NCBI GenBank assembly: GCA_963833095.1
Contig: CAWHWQ010000001.1
Location: 288,001-352,000, forward strand
Length of the DNA: 64,000 nucleotides
Source of the DNA: Vulcanimicrobiota bacterium
GTDB taxonomy: Bacteria; Vulcanimicrobiota; Vulcanimicrobiia; Vulcanimicrobiales; Vulcanimicrobiaceae
Direction: 5' to 3'
In this document: positions 62,707 through 64,000 of the stretch, piece by piece
Position numbering within the stretch: the stretch's first letter is position 1
Layout: every line of letters begins with the position of its first letter
Translations under genes and position numbers: made by a program
The notes under the pieces: generated by a model
Told to the model about the DNA's origin: nothing
What the model saw: the letters and a program-made list of their open reading frames with translations, nothing else
The model's database searches: none

Positions 62707-64000
62707 CTAAACCGGATGCCCATGCTGAAGGTGCGCGGGGGAGCGTAATGGTTCCCCTGCGCATTGAGCAGCGTGACGTAGTAGCGGTCGTTGAGCAGGT
62801 TTTGAATGTTGAAGGTGAGCGCGGTCTTCGGCGCGATCGCGATGCCTTTCTCGACCGAGAAGATCGTGTGTGGCGTTTCTTTGCAGTAGCCCGGCGTCGT
62901 GTCCGGGCATACGGCCGACGAGAGGCCGCTGCCGTATTCGCCATCCAGCGATAACCAACCATTGTGCTTGTCGCGCAACAGCACGCCGCTCGCGACGCTG
63001 TAAGCGCTGCTCGTGATCGGCAGGCGTAAAGCCCGTCGGCTGGCCGAAACACGGCGCGAGCAATTGCGTTTCGCAACCGCTGTTCAGCGAGATCACGTGC
63101 GCGACCGAAGCGTAAAAACGACCGCCCCGCGCGAGCGGCTGCGTGTAGTTCAGCGCCTCTTGCGAGAGCCGGCCCAGCGTATAATTGATGTCCTGATGCA
63201 GCAGCGTCACGCCGACTTGGGTGTCGTCGATCAAATCATTCGCGTTCTTCTGCCAGACGCGAAAGCCGAGGTCGCCGGAGCCGAGCGGAATGTGGCCGCC
63301 CAGTTCGAGTTGCGTATCGCGCTCGGGCTTGAGATCGAATTGTGCGGCAGTTGGCTGCAAAGGCAGATTGAGCAGTTGCGCCGCATCCGGACTGACGTTT
63401 TCGAGCGAGAACGGTTCGAAGAACCGCCCGACGTACGCGTAAACGTTGGCCCGCGGTCCCCAGAACCGCGTCAGCTTCAGGCGCGGGCTGAAGGCGCCGA
63501 ATCCCTCGCCAAAATCAGTCGACTTGATCGAGAAGAAATCGTAGCGCAAACCATAGTCGGCTTCCCACAGGCTGCTCATCCGCCAGCTGTCCTGAATGTA
63601 GGACTGATAGGTATTGCCGAGGTTCGGCGCATTGTCGACGACCGTCGTGGGCACGTCGGGCGTGCCCGGCGTAAGAATCGGAGCCAGAAAGTTATTGGGC
63701 TGGAGCGTGATCGCGTAATACTTCAAGATGCGCGCCAGATCATACGAACCGCCGGCCGCGATGGTGTGCTTCCCGAATTGCTGGGTGTAGTCGGCCTGCA
63801 TGATGTAGTCGATCGCAGTGCGCTGGTCGGCCAGCGAGTAGGCGCAGGTCGTCGGGAGATACGAATCAGGGTTACTCATGGCGTCCGCGCAATCGGAAGA
63901 CGTGCCCCCGTTGCCGAACGGCGGCGGCGTCACGTTGAGCGACTCGCCGTAGATGAAATCGTTGTTCGGATCGCCGTAGTCCGCGATCTTGGACGATTTG
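62707..64000 (-). CDS. Second TonB-dependent receptor, C-terminal part (runs off the window; indel near 63000)
   Basis: YIQDSW, GLRYD, FSPRL, LKPERD, FNIQNLLNDRYY, PRTFSMGIRF. Confidence 0.88.
   Translation of the reverse strand, partial: KSSKIADYGDPNNDFIYGESLNVTPPPFGNGGTSSDCADAMSNPDSYLPTTCAYSLADQRTAIDYIMQADYTQQFGKHTIAAGGSYDLARILKYYAITLQPNNFLAPILTPGTPDVPTTVVDNAPNLGNTYQSYIQDSWRMSSLWEADYGLRYDFFSIKSTDFGEGFGAFSPRLKLTRFWGPRANVYAYVGRFFEPFSLENVSPDAAQLLNLPLQPTAAQFDLKPERDTQLELGGHIPLGSGDLGFRVWQKNANDLIDDTQVGVTLLHQDINYTLGRLSQEALNYTQPLARGGRFYASVAHVISLNSGCETQLLAPCFGQPTGFTPADHEQRLQRRERRAVARQAQWLVIAGWRIRQRPLVGRMPGHDAGLLQRNATHDLLGRERHRDRAEDRAHLQHSKPAQRPLLRHAAQCAGEPLRSPAHLQHGHPV

Overview
High-GC bacterial chromosomal segment, gene-dense and mostly core/housekeeping, with no CRISPR array, integrase, transposase or phage genes. 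It combines outer-membrane TonB-dependent receptors with ClpC, YmdB and STAS/SpoIIE partner-switching genes, which suggests a diderm Terrabacteria lineage such as Eremiobacterota/Vulcanimicrobiota (inference). Main blocks: clpC-nadR-like-sulP; TetR/hydrolase/thioesterase plus DHA2 efflux pump; acyl-CoA carboxylase and methylmalonyl-CoA genes (beta subunit; fabI-epsilon-alpha-mutase-epimerase); an ECF sigma/anti-sigma pair; a peptidoglycan-recycling operon (nagZ, serine hydrolase, anmK, sugar kinase, murQ, DUF4127); a histidine kinase/response regulator/EAL c-di-GMP module with a divergent PilZ gene; a DEAD-box helicase; a Mo-oxidoreductase pair with a CarH-like MerR; a partner-switching triad; tRNA-Asn; ahcY-metK; ymdB-PHP; and a metal-uptake locus. 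Several blocks are dense in 1-nt indels that look like consensus/assembly errors. Best novelty candidates: (1) a His-containing membrane leader protein ending in an RPPP (RAPP-like) arrest motif, with an anti-SD/alternative hairpin, directly upstream of a TonB receptor and a P19-like metal-binding protein; (2) a 209-nt multibranched inverted-repeat element that fills the intergenic space before ymdB and contains its SD and CTG start; (3) several small unannotated ORFs and non-canonical start codons.
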